A stretch of 64,000 nucleotides of DNA, from contig NW_019091358.1 in assembly GCF_001949145.1 (NCBI RefSeq), forward strand, positions 744,961 through 808,960, in the 5' to 3' direction. The notes below the pieces were generated by a model. It was not told the origin of the DNA. It was given only the letters and a program-made list of their open reading frames with translations, and ran no database searches. Of the stretch, positions 1 through 53,700 are shown piece by piece. The position numbers and the translations under genes are program-made. Position 1 is the stretch's first letter. Each line of letters starts with the position of its first letter. The stretch comes from Acanthaster planci (Eukaryota).

Positions 1-252
1 GTTCGAACATGTTCTTTGGGTAAATGAGTCGGCGTTCGGCCGCGCTTGGGCCAACCTCGATTGATGTTCTCGGATGACCTTTGGAAGCGTTTCTTGCGCT
101 GTCTGGACCCCACCTTCCATCATATTGGTGCATTTATCGTTTACTTTCGAATGTTGAAAGAGTAAGAAGGCCTGGGAAGTCAAGTATAAATCTTGACACT
201 TTCTGTCAGCAAATCGAATTTCCTGCGTTTGGTCCTTGCTCCATGGTTTGTT
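1..252 (-). CDS. Possible exon of an unidentified gene running off the left edge
   Basis: 84 stop-free codons on the minus strand (NKPWSKDQ...MMEGGVQTAQETLPKVIREHQSRLAQ...) after a ttcagTAG acceptor-like site; no homology recognised. Confidence 0.25.
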
Positions 253-908
253 CTACTGAAATGTCAACGCAATCATGTGACGTTCACGATCAACTCACTG
301 GACTACCGTTTGTCAGCAGAGAGAGTAGGCCTACATTTTCGCAACCGTAGCAACCTCGTGCCTCTACCGTAACGCCTGAGGACGCAAACAATTGAGTCGG
401 AGTCAACCATGAGTCTGAATTAATTCTTTCAATCCGAACATATTTGAAAGCGCTAGAGGGATTTGAATATCACGTTGATACATTAGGACATGTAGTGACG
501 ATTCTGACACAGTTTGCCGATTCATCACGCGGAAGCTTATGTCAGGGTCGTCTTGTCACATTACAAGAGTGCAACCAGATCAGTGAGGGCATGATCTCTC
601 TGCAGGGGGTTCGAAGATCAATCATGGTTCGTGACGATCCCAGTGGATGTGTTTCAGTTTATCTCGTACAAAAGCAATGTTTACATGGAACTAGGCCTAA
701 TTGCCCCAAAGCACCTTTTAAGAATACAGTACTAGCATTTTGAACGTCACTAAAGTGAAAGATTATGAATCATCACCAGGTAATAATAGGCCTAAGCGTT
801 TCCTTATGATAGATTTTCGAATGGGCTTGTTCGAAATAATTGTAAGGTTATTCGTACATGCTTGGTTGATTCCCCGTTTGCTTGTTTGTCCCGTCCACTT
901 GTCATTTT

Positions 909-947
909 GCCTTTGAGAAAGATTCTGCTAGGATCGAAACGTCAGGC
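909..947 (+). ncRNA. Candidate minimal hammerhead ribozyme of Penelope-like retroelement type
   Basis: Stem I GCCT/AGGC, core TTGAGAAA, stem II GATTCT-gct-AGGATC, then GAAAC-GTC. Confidence 0.5.
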
Positions 948-3823
948 CCTCCATATTTTGCGATTCTGAGATATCAAGAAAATCTTAACGCAAATAAAAG
1001 ATTTAAATAAGGCAATTGCATATAAGTTAACCCAGACAGGTCTACTTCAGTTGTCTTGTATAAATTATTTCTTTTGAGGTCTGAAAGTAATGTTTGCTAT
1101 TGGAACTGAAATTGAGAGAGACTATGTTAAATGAGATTACAAGTTCTGCGTTTTGGTGTTTATTTCTAACTTGCCCGTGTAGCTTTTCAGAGGGCTGCGC
1201 TCACACCAGAAGGGACGTATTTTACACTCGCTATGGATTTTGTTGTTTCATTGATGTTATTTCGGCATAATGCCTTCTCTTTCTCTCGTGTACGTATTAG
1301 TTTTTTCTGTTTATCCTTTCATGAGCAAGATTACTCAGAGTTACTTTCATCAAAAGTAACTGAAAAACAAATTAATCTATAAAATTCAAAATAAACTTTA
1401 TAGATTTATTTGTTTTTCAGTTTGTGTATACGTGATAAATATATTATAATTATATTAATGTTTCCAAGCTTGGAGTGGAGATTTGTACAGTGTAACTAAA
1501 ATTAATTTACGCATTGACTGTATATAGTCTCTATGTTGGTCTTGTTAACATATTTGCTAATTTTATAATTATAAATGCGTTTCCGGGACCGGAACGGCTC
1601 GTATGTGGCCGTTCTGGTGCGACTTTAAAAGCTTTTTTTTTTTAAATTTCAATTGCACCTGGTAGATCGTTCCTAATTAAATACACACATGCTTTATCAC
1701 AACCAGGCAGGCATGACAATAAATTATTTTTGCAAATAAATTTCAAGTCATCAGTCAGTTGGTCCAGTTATCATAAGTCATTTGGTCCAAGTCAAAAGTC
1801 TCTGCCCTAGGGCAAGTCAAGTCGCATTATTTCGTCCAATTAGACAACAGGGCAAGGTATTAACTTCAGAGTTGCGAGTTTTGGACTATTTAACTTTACA
1901 CGATTATTACGTATTGTTCCTTTTGCCTACACCTGTCCGAGAAAACTCCTGAAAGCTGTGCACGATTGGGAAAAGGTTGATTCGATGTTTGAGAATATAG
2001 GGAATTGGATTCCGCTTCTGCTGTCTCATGGTTGGTAGTGCAATGAATGAGATTTTGTTTGTTAACATAAAGAACACTAAAAGAAAAGTTACGGTAGGTG
2101 TTAACCCGAAGGAACCAATGCGAGATACTCTATCCCTACACTCGGCAGACCCCGTCCTTGAAACATCTTGCATTGCTGGATCCACTATAAATACTGCTCT
2201 GAGTTAGTTGCCTCTTTGAAAGACTTTGAGTTACTTGTGCATACACGTACAAGGAATTTTGAAGACCCTAGGCCTCACTTTGATCCAATTACGGCACAAA
2301 CGGCTCCTTATGACTTTGATGTATAAAGACACAAGATGTATTGGTTTTATTGTAAGAATTCAATCTGAACCAGTTACCATCAGTGACTGCTTGAAAATAA
2401 CACAGCATTCTATATGGTTGCACGTACTTCATAAGAATGATCTATACATCACCTCATAATTATGGGTAATGCCTTGCTTGTAATCTCATATTTTAACCGT
2501 ACTATGGACGACAACCTCATTCCCTATACCGCCTTGGCCTGGCACTGCACTCCAGATGAAATGCGGTCAATCCTGTCTGTTCATAAAAATCCAAGGTGAC
2601 CGTCTTATCTTTTCAGCACATTTCCTATAGTTCACGGCCATCATTACTTGGCATTCAGTATGGCTGTTTGCATCGTTAAGTCGGGTGGAACGAAACTTGG
2701 GTGTGAAAAGGGGCATAATTATTTTGTTTATGATCGATCATTGCGTGACTACGACCTTGCTTCATGCAACTCACTCGAGGCGACCGACAAGGGGCTAATG
2801 CATCTTTGCTGTGTCATGAATATTTGAAACAGCGTCTTATTAAAAACTGCAAGTATGATCCCCAGGCTGGCCGTTTAAGCTAACAATATAGCAAACTCAG
2901 AGCTTCGGCGTCTGGTTCTGAATACTCGCTCTGGTTGAACAAATCTTTCTGATTGCAGTTTAATACTTATGTTCCTCCTTAAACTTCCCTGTTCTTTTGC
3001 ATATTTTAATGTGAGAAGATGTAAAATAAATAAATGAAATAAAAATTTGGGAAAGCTTGTACAAGGACGGTTCGAGGGGGTCAGAATTGTGTTTTCTTTG
3101 AGGGCGGGCAATTTTTTTTTTACTGCAATCTTTTATGATCCTTCTTAGGGATAAGAGTACACTGTGGTGCTTTTTACGCGCTTTTTACGAACGAAATAGT
3201 CCCTCCGAAAAGTCTTCTCAAATAATTTTCTGGTTGTTTTCGAGGGGGGGGGCTATTATAGCCCCCATCGCAAGCCCCAGGATCTGCCCTTGAGCTTAAT
3301 TAACTCCAGCTCGAAATCAATACGAAGTATGATGTTCCAGCGCTAAGCAATCAAGATGAAGTTGTCACTCGTGAGGCCTGGAGCCCTGCAGGTGCCTAAA
3401 ACCAACGATTGAGCTGGCCCCGATCAACATACTATTCCTGTGAAATAACGAGGCTTGCGTCCAATCCTGAGGGGGAAGGAAAAAAAGAACCGAATTAAAA
3501 AGGAAATAGAAAGATAAGAAAATCAAAACCGCCAATTTCTTCGCAAATACATCGGATTCGGAATTACTCCCATCGCACTAAATTGCTGGTCAGTCTGGTA
3601 TTTACGAATGCGCCCCCCCACGCTCCGAGCCAAGGACCCTTCCTAGTGCTAGCAAAAGTGTGCATACCTTCACATGACCGCCTTTCCAAAGCTCTGTCTT
3701 TTCAGACAGTTGGGAAATCTCACGTTATTTAGCTTTAGCTTTGCGAACCCGACAACAGCTCCCTTTCAAAACTACAGCAGAGGGCGTTTGTCACTAGACT
3801 TACCCGAAACGGCGGCGTACTGC

Positions 3824-4062
3824 GGCTGTTTTCCAATACTCAATTTCAGCTCCGTCGGAGGCTTCAACTTTTTTTTACTAGCTGACTTTGAAGCTGTAAG
3901 CGCAGTAATCAGTCTAATAGTGCCACAGAACATCAAATAAGATGCAAGAAAGCCCCAAATTATAGTAATACAATGTAATTTAAATGCTTCAGGTCCACAA
4001 TCGGGGATTAGTTTTGGGAACGATCCTCAGACGGAGACACAGTTGAGTATTGGAAAACGGCC
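3824..4062. mobile_element. About 240-bp MITE-like element with 38-bp imperfect TIRs
   Basis: GGCTGTTTTCCAATACTCAA...CTCCGTCGGAGG versus CCTCAGACGGAG...TTGAGTATTGGAAAACGGCC; no clear TSD. Confidence 0.6.
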
Positions 4063-4114
4063 AACGTGAAAACGTCAACGGGTAGATAGAGGGCGTGTGC
4101 CTGTTCCGATTTTT

Positions 4115-4124
4115 TGACGTGGCA
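4115..4124 (+). promoter_or_regulatory. UPRE/CREB3-type element TGACGTGGCA in the presumptive SEC23 promoter
   Basis: Exact TGACGTGG core (XBP1s/ATF6/CREB3-family site) just upstream of the putative first exon. Confidence 0.55.
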
Positions 4125-4149
4125 TTGCGTCGGCAGTGCAGGCAGTAGT

Positions 4150-4392
4150 CTGATGCCGTTCCATGCTGTACTCATAATGAAACGACAAAACATAAGGAAC
4201 AAGGTCATATTTGGCGAAAACCTTTTTGTGAGCACGTTACATCATGATGCCACGAAGGGCAGTCTAAAGTTCGGCGTAAATACCGTGAATTTGTAATACG
4301 TGGATTATTTTACACATGAACAATTTCTTCCCATTTTTGAGGAGTCATACAGTTTTTTGAAGATTTCAAAAGTGGTTTTAGTCAAAACAAAG
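4150..4392 (+). other. SEC23: Putative non-coding first (5' UTR) exon of SEC23; start approximate
   Basis: The coding exon at 6593 starts with an acceptor, so an upstream exon is needed. A strong donor AAG|GTAAGC lies at 4393, just downstream of a CpG-containing promoter-like stretch. Confidence 0.5.
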
Positions 4393-4662
4393 GTAAGCCA
4401 ATTTTCAATTTTTTGACGACAAAGTCACACTAGGCCTCCCTAGTCATGCTCGTAATAGCATGCAGTTGTCTGAGTGTGCCACTCACAGACTGAATAAGGA
4501 CCCCATGCCAAGAGGAAAGACAAGCTGTCTGTGACTCTGTCGTGTCCATAATTCGGGCATCCTTTATCATATCAAAAGTTGCTGTTCATTTTGTCATGTT
4601 TATTGAGTCTGTTTCTGTGTTGGTGACAGTGTTATATCTTATGCCCGTTTCCTACCAATGAG

Positions 4663-5317
4663 CAGGTCGGGGACCAAACCACAATCTAGCGACGTCCCTA
4701 GCTTCTGCTTATGTCGCTAGTTCAAGAGGCAGTGACGTCATTTTCATCAGGTCTTGTGATAATGATGTAATTTTCCCGCACGATTTTGGGAAAAAAACAA
4801 GATTTGAAATGCCGGCAACCAACATGGCCACCGTTGCCGTTACCGTTTGAGTCCATGGCAAAAGTGTTTTCGATCGTTATTTTGGAAAATCGCCATGGTA
4901 AACATAAAATGTGCCACGGCGAATTGATGGAGATTTATTATGGCAACATTTTCATGCATAAAGTAAACTTCGGCAAAACTTCATTTTTTTCATGTAAACG
5001 TTTTTATTGGCAGAGTTGCCTTTGCCTGCCCACCGAATTCGACACATCCAGTGCAAGATTTGACCGAAAAATCTCCTTGATCCACTTTTATAGATACCTA
5101 ATGAAAGGAAAGTTTCATTTAGATCTTGGGTAGCATATTTCCTGTAAAGTTGATCAATCAGAGGAATTTGTTTTGAAATTTCTGGCCGATAAAGAGATCA
5201 ATGTTATCTGCGAACCGTGATCTAAAAATAGTTCAAAAATTACATCATCGTTGCACAAACAAGCAGCGTATGCATAATCTGGCGTCGTCGCTAGTTTGTG
5301 GTTTGGTCCCCAACCTG
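4663..5317. mobile_element. Non-autonomous DNA transposon, 655 bp, about 32-bp TIRs, 5-bp TSD ATGAG (hAT5-like)
   Basis: ATGAG|CAGGTCGGGGACCAAACCACAATCTAGCGACG ... CGTCGCTAGTTTGTGGTTTGGTCCCCAACCTG|ATGAG. Confidence 0.85.
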
Positions 5318-5997
5318 ATGAGTACCATGCCTACACCTTGAGTAAATTTTAACTGAAGATGAAGATTTGTTGGGCATGTTGGGGAAATTTTAAGTCTCCC
5401 AAAAGTTGCAAAATACTGTTCAGACCAAACAGACCCCGACTGTGTTTGGCGTTGGTCAGCAATTGGGAGTTAATTGCTGTAGTAAATGAATGGCTTAAAT
5501 CGAAATCAAAATTTCACAGACTTTACAAACTGGAAATCGCCCAAAGTAATACATCGGTGGTTTGATGGGGTGAGTGATCTATACACGCAAAACGAATTTC
5601 ATAGAAGGCGTTTTCGCGGAGTCTCCACTTTTTGGATTGACCGCTGTGGGGCCAAGGATACAGAGGGAATTCAGTAGACTAGACCCAACTCTGGGTCTAG
5701 GTGATGTAGGTGGTTTATCCTATGTATCATTTAATTTCCAAAATATTGCACCTTCCAAATTAAAGTTGTGAGTCTACCCAAGCCCACTTTTCTATTGCTT
5801 GAGAAGTAAAATGCTTTATTGTCATTGGGAATGTCATTGTCGTCCGTGTCTCACAACTGGAATCTAACAGCTTCTGAAATTCTTAAACTAGGAAACACCG
5901 AACAACACTGATATCAAAGTGGCATGAGGTACACTGTATTTCTCCCTTGCCTTAGTCAAAAAAAATCTGTGAAAAGACTACAGCCTCCTGATGCCAG

Positions 5998-6100
5998 TAC
6001 AGTAGAACGTCGCTATACCGAACACCGCAAATATGTGGCTGTACCGAACATCGTCCTTGGCTCCCACTATTTTGTGCACAAAACCTACCGAACATCATGC
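5998..6100 (+). mobile_element. Tc1/mariner-pogo-like terminal fragment
   Basis: TA-CAGTAGAACGTCGCTATACCGAAC start with repeated TACCGAACA submotifs; other end not found. Confidence 0.35.
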
Positions 6101-6434
6101 AGTTGCAAATCAACCGAGATTCGCCACAGCATGCATCAGAGATCGATCCTGAGTGGTAGCTTCACGACTTTTAGGATAAACTAAATATCAATTTTGTAAC
6201 TCAGTAGTTAATAAAACCAAAAATAGATTAACATATACATTTCTAGAAACCTCAAACCCAAGTTAAACAAAGTTGCTCTTGTGTCTTTTCTCTCTGTTGT
6301 TGTCATCCACCATCAGTCCACCGTGTCCACTCATCAAATCTCTCTTTTGTCTGCTGGAATGCATACATGTACCATACTAGCTTTTCCTGATTTCTGAAAT
6401 CTTTTCAGGAGAGCAAGTTATAACTGTGATTTGA

Positions 6435-48208
<41,774 letters not shown>

Positions 48209-49333
48209 TGCTGAGCACTGCTGCTTATACAGGAGGGCATTTGTTCACGAATTACATCATTTGCAACCTACTACATCAACTACATGTTAAAAAATGCTTT
48301 TGGGAAGGCGCAGAGTGAAACACCCTTGTCTGTGTAGTTTTCTCTTTGGATGTCTCGGTAATTTATCTGTAAAGTTGTGTACAGGATATTATGTGGCATT
48401 GGCTCCAAAAGGTCTCAACCATACAACTCCAAGCACATGGGACTCTGCTGCCAAATTACAGTGTCTTTGATAAAACTTGGAACTATGTGCCTGGATCAGT
48501 CAATATATTCAAGGCCATATTTTACCACTTTAGTGACTTATTTGAAAATACAGCTTTTTGGGGGGCAAGCAGAATTAACTTTTTTTTCCTGTCCTTGTGT
48601 TTTTTCATTTTTCATTGTTCGAAGTGCATTTATGTGTCAAGTGTAAAACCTACTAGACTTTGTAAATCACATGTTGAAAAAAAAAAGTAACCTAACATAA
48701 ATGGTAACTTCAAACTGGCAAGTGAAGTAGAAAACGATGACATGCAAAGCAACACATCCTTAGCTACAACTTTTCTATCAGCTCAGCATAACCATGTGTT
48801 TTATCCATTTATTTTGAGGGAAGTCAAGCCAAGCCAAGTAAAACAAGTGCAGTCTCTTTTTTTAAGTTCAGTCTACATCGCAGTTAATTTTCCCTTTTTG
48901 GCCAGTGACTAACTCTCAAATACTGTTGTTCCCTTCCTCATCCATCTATCTTGAAATTGAAAGCTGCATAATATGTTATTTTAATTTCCCTTTGTGCATT
49001 AAGGATCATTACCAGCATGGGTTGAAGATGCAGTCAGTTTAATATCCTGTCGTTCAGTGCGCCACTTCAATCACTGTTGGTTGTTTACGACTTTGGGCAA
49101 AATCCATTAATGATGTCTGCGATTTGGTAGTCCAGCTCAGCTTGTCTCTGCTTTCAATTTGTTTTTGTGCTGTGTTTGGAAAGCTCCAGCTGAGGGTTCC
49201 ATGCTGAGCATTGTCGTCATCCTTTTGTGCCTATTTGTGTGAAAAAAAAACTAACCCCCACGAAGGCTGCTTGCTGTTGGATGTGCAGCTGGAATGGGAA
49301 AGGTTTTGACCATTGTGAACTTTGGCCACGGTA

Positions 49334-49339
49334 AATAAA
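49334..49339 (+). promoter_or_regulatory. Candidate SEC23 polyadenylation signal AATAAA
   Basis: First canonical hexamer I found downstream of the stop (about 1.1 kb); usage unverified. Confidence 0.3.
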
Positions 49340-51761
49340 TGACAGTAAGCAATACCCTCAGTTGGGAGTTCATCAACATGTTTCAAGATTCATGTGCTCA
49401 CGCAAGTCAAAAGTGAGCTGCTTATTACTTGACTCGTTCACGCAGTGGGTCGAAACCGAAAATAACCGACAAAAGGTTGACCTGTTTGGTGCATTAACTT
49501 AGGGAACAAGTTGTATTTGTAAAGCACTTTTTTCGGAGGGGCAAATTTTCAGGGGGGGGGCAACAAATTGATAAATCATTAACAGAGGAAGGTCACTTTT
49601 GAGGTTTTCAAGAAAATTGATGATTCTCATCCCCTTCCATCATTTGCTTGATCCTTTCCCCGCTTTTAATATTTAATGTGGTTTTTTGGGGGGGAGTTGA
49701 GTTGCAAGCAACAAGATTTTTCATTATTCATTGATGTAATAATTATAAACTGCTACTTCCCCAAATGTCAATCTTTACATTGGGCGATTCACATTTCAGT
49801 TATCTTAAGTACTCTAGCTTATTATGCGAGTTTTGTTTTAAGACAGCTAATTAAAAGAACCACCACACAGCAGTCGGAGGAATGAACTGTTCTCTTTTCA
49901 TTCATGTCTTAACATGGCCTTTAATGATGCTCAGCAATGACTAAGGGCAGTAGAATGTTGGGCAAGACAATAATGTATGTATTTTGCATTTGGAATAATA
50001 AAGCAAGACACCCGAAGAGTGACATTCAGTTAGAAATACGTGGACATGTAAAAGAATACCGGCACGTGTTTGGCCAGCTTTCCTGAAATAACTGCACCAT
50101 GTGGCATACATGTGGAACGATCTAAAGGACATGCATGAACTTAGTTACCGTGTGAGCAATGGAATCTACAATTCGCTTCCAACTAAAAAGATGAGAAAAA
50201 AAATCATTTGTATTGCATAAATTGAACCCATGAAGTTTCATATTTTAAAAATTCACCTACACGTATGCACGTTCCTCGACTCCCGCACCGTAGTTGCGGG
50301 GGACGTACACTCGACATTTCACCTATTTTGTGGGGACCGAAAATGTGGTGGGGACTAGGAAATGTCCCCACAACCAGACAACTTGGTTCAAATTTCCCAC
50401 AACAAAAGAACTTGTCCCCTAAATGTGGTAAATGCCTACCCATGCTCCCTTTCTAATTTCACCAGAGGAGGTACATGTACTTATAAATGAATACAAAAAT
50501 AATACACTCCTGATGAAACATCCTGCAAATTAAATACATGCATGGCATATTGACACACGTTGTCACATGCCTACCTGCCCTGTTTCAAATTGTAACCACA
50601 AATTGGACATGGAGAACAATACTGGACAGAAACTCTGAAAGGGCTGTTACAGCCATCATGTGCAACAGAGGGGTTTTTCAAATCACGGCTTTAATCCCTG
50701 ACATCAGAGCTGCTGAATGTCTATAATTTTAGAACCACAATTTGTGAGTGGAAATACATGTACTTCCATCTTTGCGTTGTTGGGATGCAGTTTGAAAATC
50801 TTTAAATTTGGTGGCGGGGGGGATGTGTTGGAGACAAAACATCAAGCATTAGGAGACCCACACTGGCGCCATCTGCTGAATCAGATCACAGGCATGAGTT
50901 GCAGGTACATCACATCACATGGCAAGCAATTAACGAGGATTAATTCAGCAAACAGCAAAAATTCAACATTTGGCAAACACTTCGATCGCACATCGCAGAT
51001 GAAGGTAGAGAAAATTGGATTTGCAACAGAATATGAGAATATCAGAGGCAACAAATACATAAAGTACATGTATGTATGGAAACCACAGCACAAGTGGATG
51101 TACATGTACCGGTATGCACCAGCCACTGAAAAATACATGTGCATGTACATTTTGGTGATCTTCTATTTAATCCAATGCTAAGATGCCACAGCTCTGTTAA
51201 CCGATGATGTTTCTCTGGTGTAGTGAAAGTGAAGACAAGTGGCATACAAGGTCCTCATTCCAAAATCCGGTTCCTTGTAAACATTTTAGAGAAGTTCAGA
51301 ACAGATTTAGAATTTGCCTCATTTGAATATATCATTTAGACCAACTGTAATTATTCGGGTGTTGGGTGCCTCTGGTGACCCAAACTTCCCACTGTACATA
51401 CAGGTACATGTACAAACATGTACATGTATATGTTTTTAGGCAAAAACTGATGTTGTAGGGCAATGTACATATGTAAATGTGAGCTATTATAGAACCGATG
51501 GTTGCCCTTGTTTTGCTCCTTTGTTTTGGCTGAGGTAATGTGCAAACTGTACACTGGTTGTCCCTTTTGAGTGTGTGCTTCTCCCTTTCATTTAGTGGCA
51601 ATTTGCAAAAGAGCAAATGATGTCATACTTTTTACACAGACCAAATCACAAAATGCAGAACATCTGTACAGAAATTCCCTGCACTTTTTTCATACCAAAA
51701 TGTCTTCCTATATTGGCTGGAAGTAGTGTGGCTAATGGAGAAATCTATGCTCTTCCAATAC

Positions 51762-52124
51762 TGAGCCTTTTGCGAATTCAATTTAAATAAAATCTGGTAC
51801 ACTGAGTTATCTGATTGCACATAAACATAATTTGAATTCACCAGACTGAAGACAATGTTCCTACAAGTATATGGTTGTACCTCATAATGCTTTGGCATAG
51901 TGACCACCTTCTCTGGAATGGTCTGGTTCCTTTGTGCCAATATCCATTGAAAACGGTGTATCGGTGCAAGGCGTCTCTTATGTAACCAAGCAAATGCTTG
52001 CCCCGAATCATGAGGTATAGCAAAAGTGTCTTTACTATGGAGAATTTTAACGGTTATGTTCATGTGAATTTAAAGAACTCAGTGTACCAGATTCTATTCA
52101 AATTCACCAAGCAACAGGCTTATT
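51762..52124 (+). mobile_element. Palindromic MITE family B, copy 2
   Basis: Arms AATCTGGTACACTGAGTT / AACTCAGTGTACCAGATT around the shared core. Confidence 0.75.
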
Positions 52125-53379
52125 ACACTCGACTGGATTTGTAAGAAAATCAACTCGAAAGAGACTTTCCAATTTCCAAGGCATGTCTGTATAACAGTAT
52201 TTTTTTGCAGATAACTTGTGAATTCATGGTGTAGCCTTCAAACTCACACACTCAACAGCGATACCTTAGTGTGCAACATTACGCATAATGCTCACATTAA
52301 TGATGTGTCTTGACATACAGAGAAAAGCATGACAAGTAAGATGCCGTGATGAAGCATGTGCTAATGGTCTCATGTCTAGGTCCTACTACTGAGGTACATT
52401 AGCTCCACAGCGTCAGTAAAGCAAGATGTCAATAGTTACATGATTGGCCAACATTAACATAAGAAATGCAGGTCTACAGGGTGCATGGATGAGGCAGGAT
52501 GGCAAAATGTACTTACAGTACATGTATACTCAGCTTTATACCAGGGCATTTCAAAATGGTCCCAATACAAAATGTACATGTACATACTCATATTTTCTTG
52601 CGGTAACTTTACAAGAGGGTTAGCCATGTTCTTTTGTGTCCTTTCCTCATATAACGCCAACTTTCACTGATACATTCATGTCATGAACATACCGGTTAAC
52701 ATGTATTAGGATAAATTTAGCTGATGACCCATGAAGGTGGACTGGCATTGCTGGTGGCTTGGACGCTGTTCTTTACAAGGTATGCACCAACAGTTTACTT
52801 GAGCCATAGATCCCAGTGACACAATGCGTTTGCTATCCAAATTCACCTTAATGTATAACCTCAGTACAGATCGTCTGTGAAACATCTTCAAAAATACATA
52901 CACCTACTTGTACGGTACATGTACATGTAGAAATGAATGGGGCTGAGGTACCTGCATCAGTCATACCGGTACTCGGGATTTCATGGTTCAGGAAAAAAAC
53001 CACAGAATCATCAGTTCTGCCCCCCTAAAAAAAACCCTGACGCTTTCTTGCTCAATCTCTCTTCAATGGTACCCATTAAATAGAACTTCATTTCACTTGA
53101 CTGGTTCCTTCCGTCATTTCATATACCTCATTCCCAGAAAGAAAGAGGAAAATGCATGTAGGGATGGAAACCAGTCTAACATTGCATGGGACTGGTACAG
53201 TACTACATAATGGGTGGCGCTTCGGGCATGAATTTGTTTGGCAACATGACGGACATCAACACACGAGCAGTATCTTTCAGTTTTCCACTCCGTTCCCTCT
53301 GCTTCACCTCATGGAAGTGAACATTTCATCTGCCACGTCATGAAATTTTTCTTACCAGAGAATAAGTTAACTTTGACCC

Positions 53380-53700
53380 AAATCTGGTACACTGAGTTCT
53401 TCAAATTCACGCGAACATAACAACTTCAATTCTCCATACTAAAGCCACTGTTGCTATACCTCGTGATCTGGGGCAAGGTTGTGCTTAGTTACACAAGAGA
53501 TGCCTTGCAACAACTATTCTCGATGGATAAGAAAGGCGCAAAGGAACCAGTCCATTCCAGAGATGGTGGTCGCTATGCAAAAGCTTGCCCTGAATCACGA
53601 GGTATAGCAACAGGGGATTTCAAATCGTTATGTTTATGTGCAATCAGATGTAACTCAGTGTACCAGATTTTATTCCAATTTAACTAACAAGAGGCTTATT
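53380..53700 (-). mobile_element. Palindromic MITE family B, copy 3
   Basis: Same arms, core in reverse orientation (GGAACCAGTCCATTCCAGAGATGGTGGTC). Confidence 0.75.

Noticed and set aside
130..244. Minus-strand ATG with in-frame TGC-TGA, suggesting a selenoprotein
   Set aside because: A TAA follows in the same frame and there is no supporting homology or SECIS
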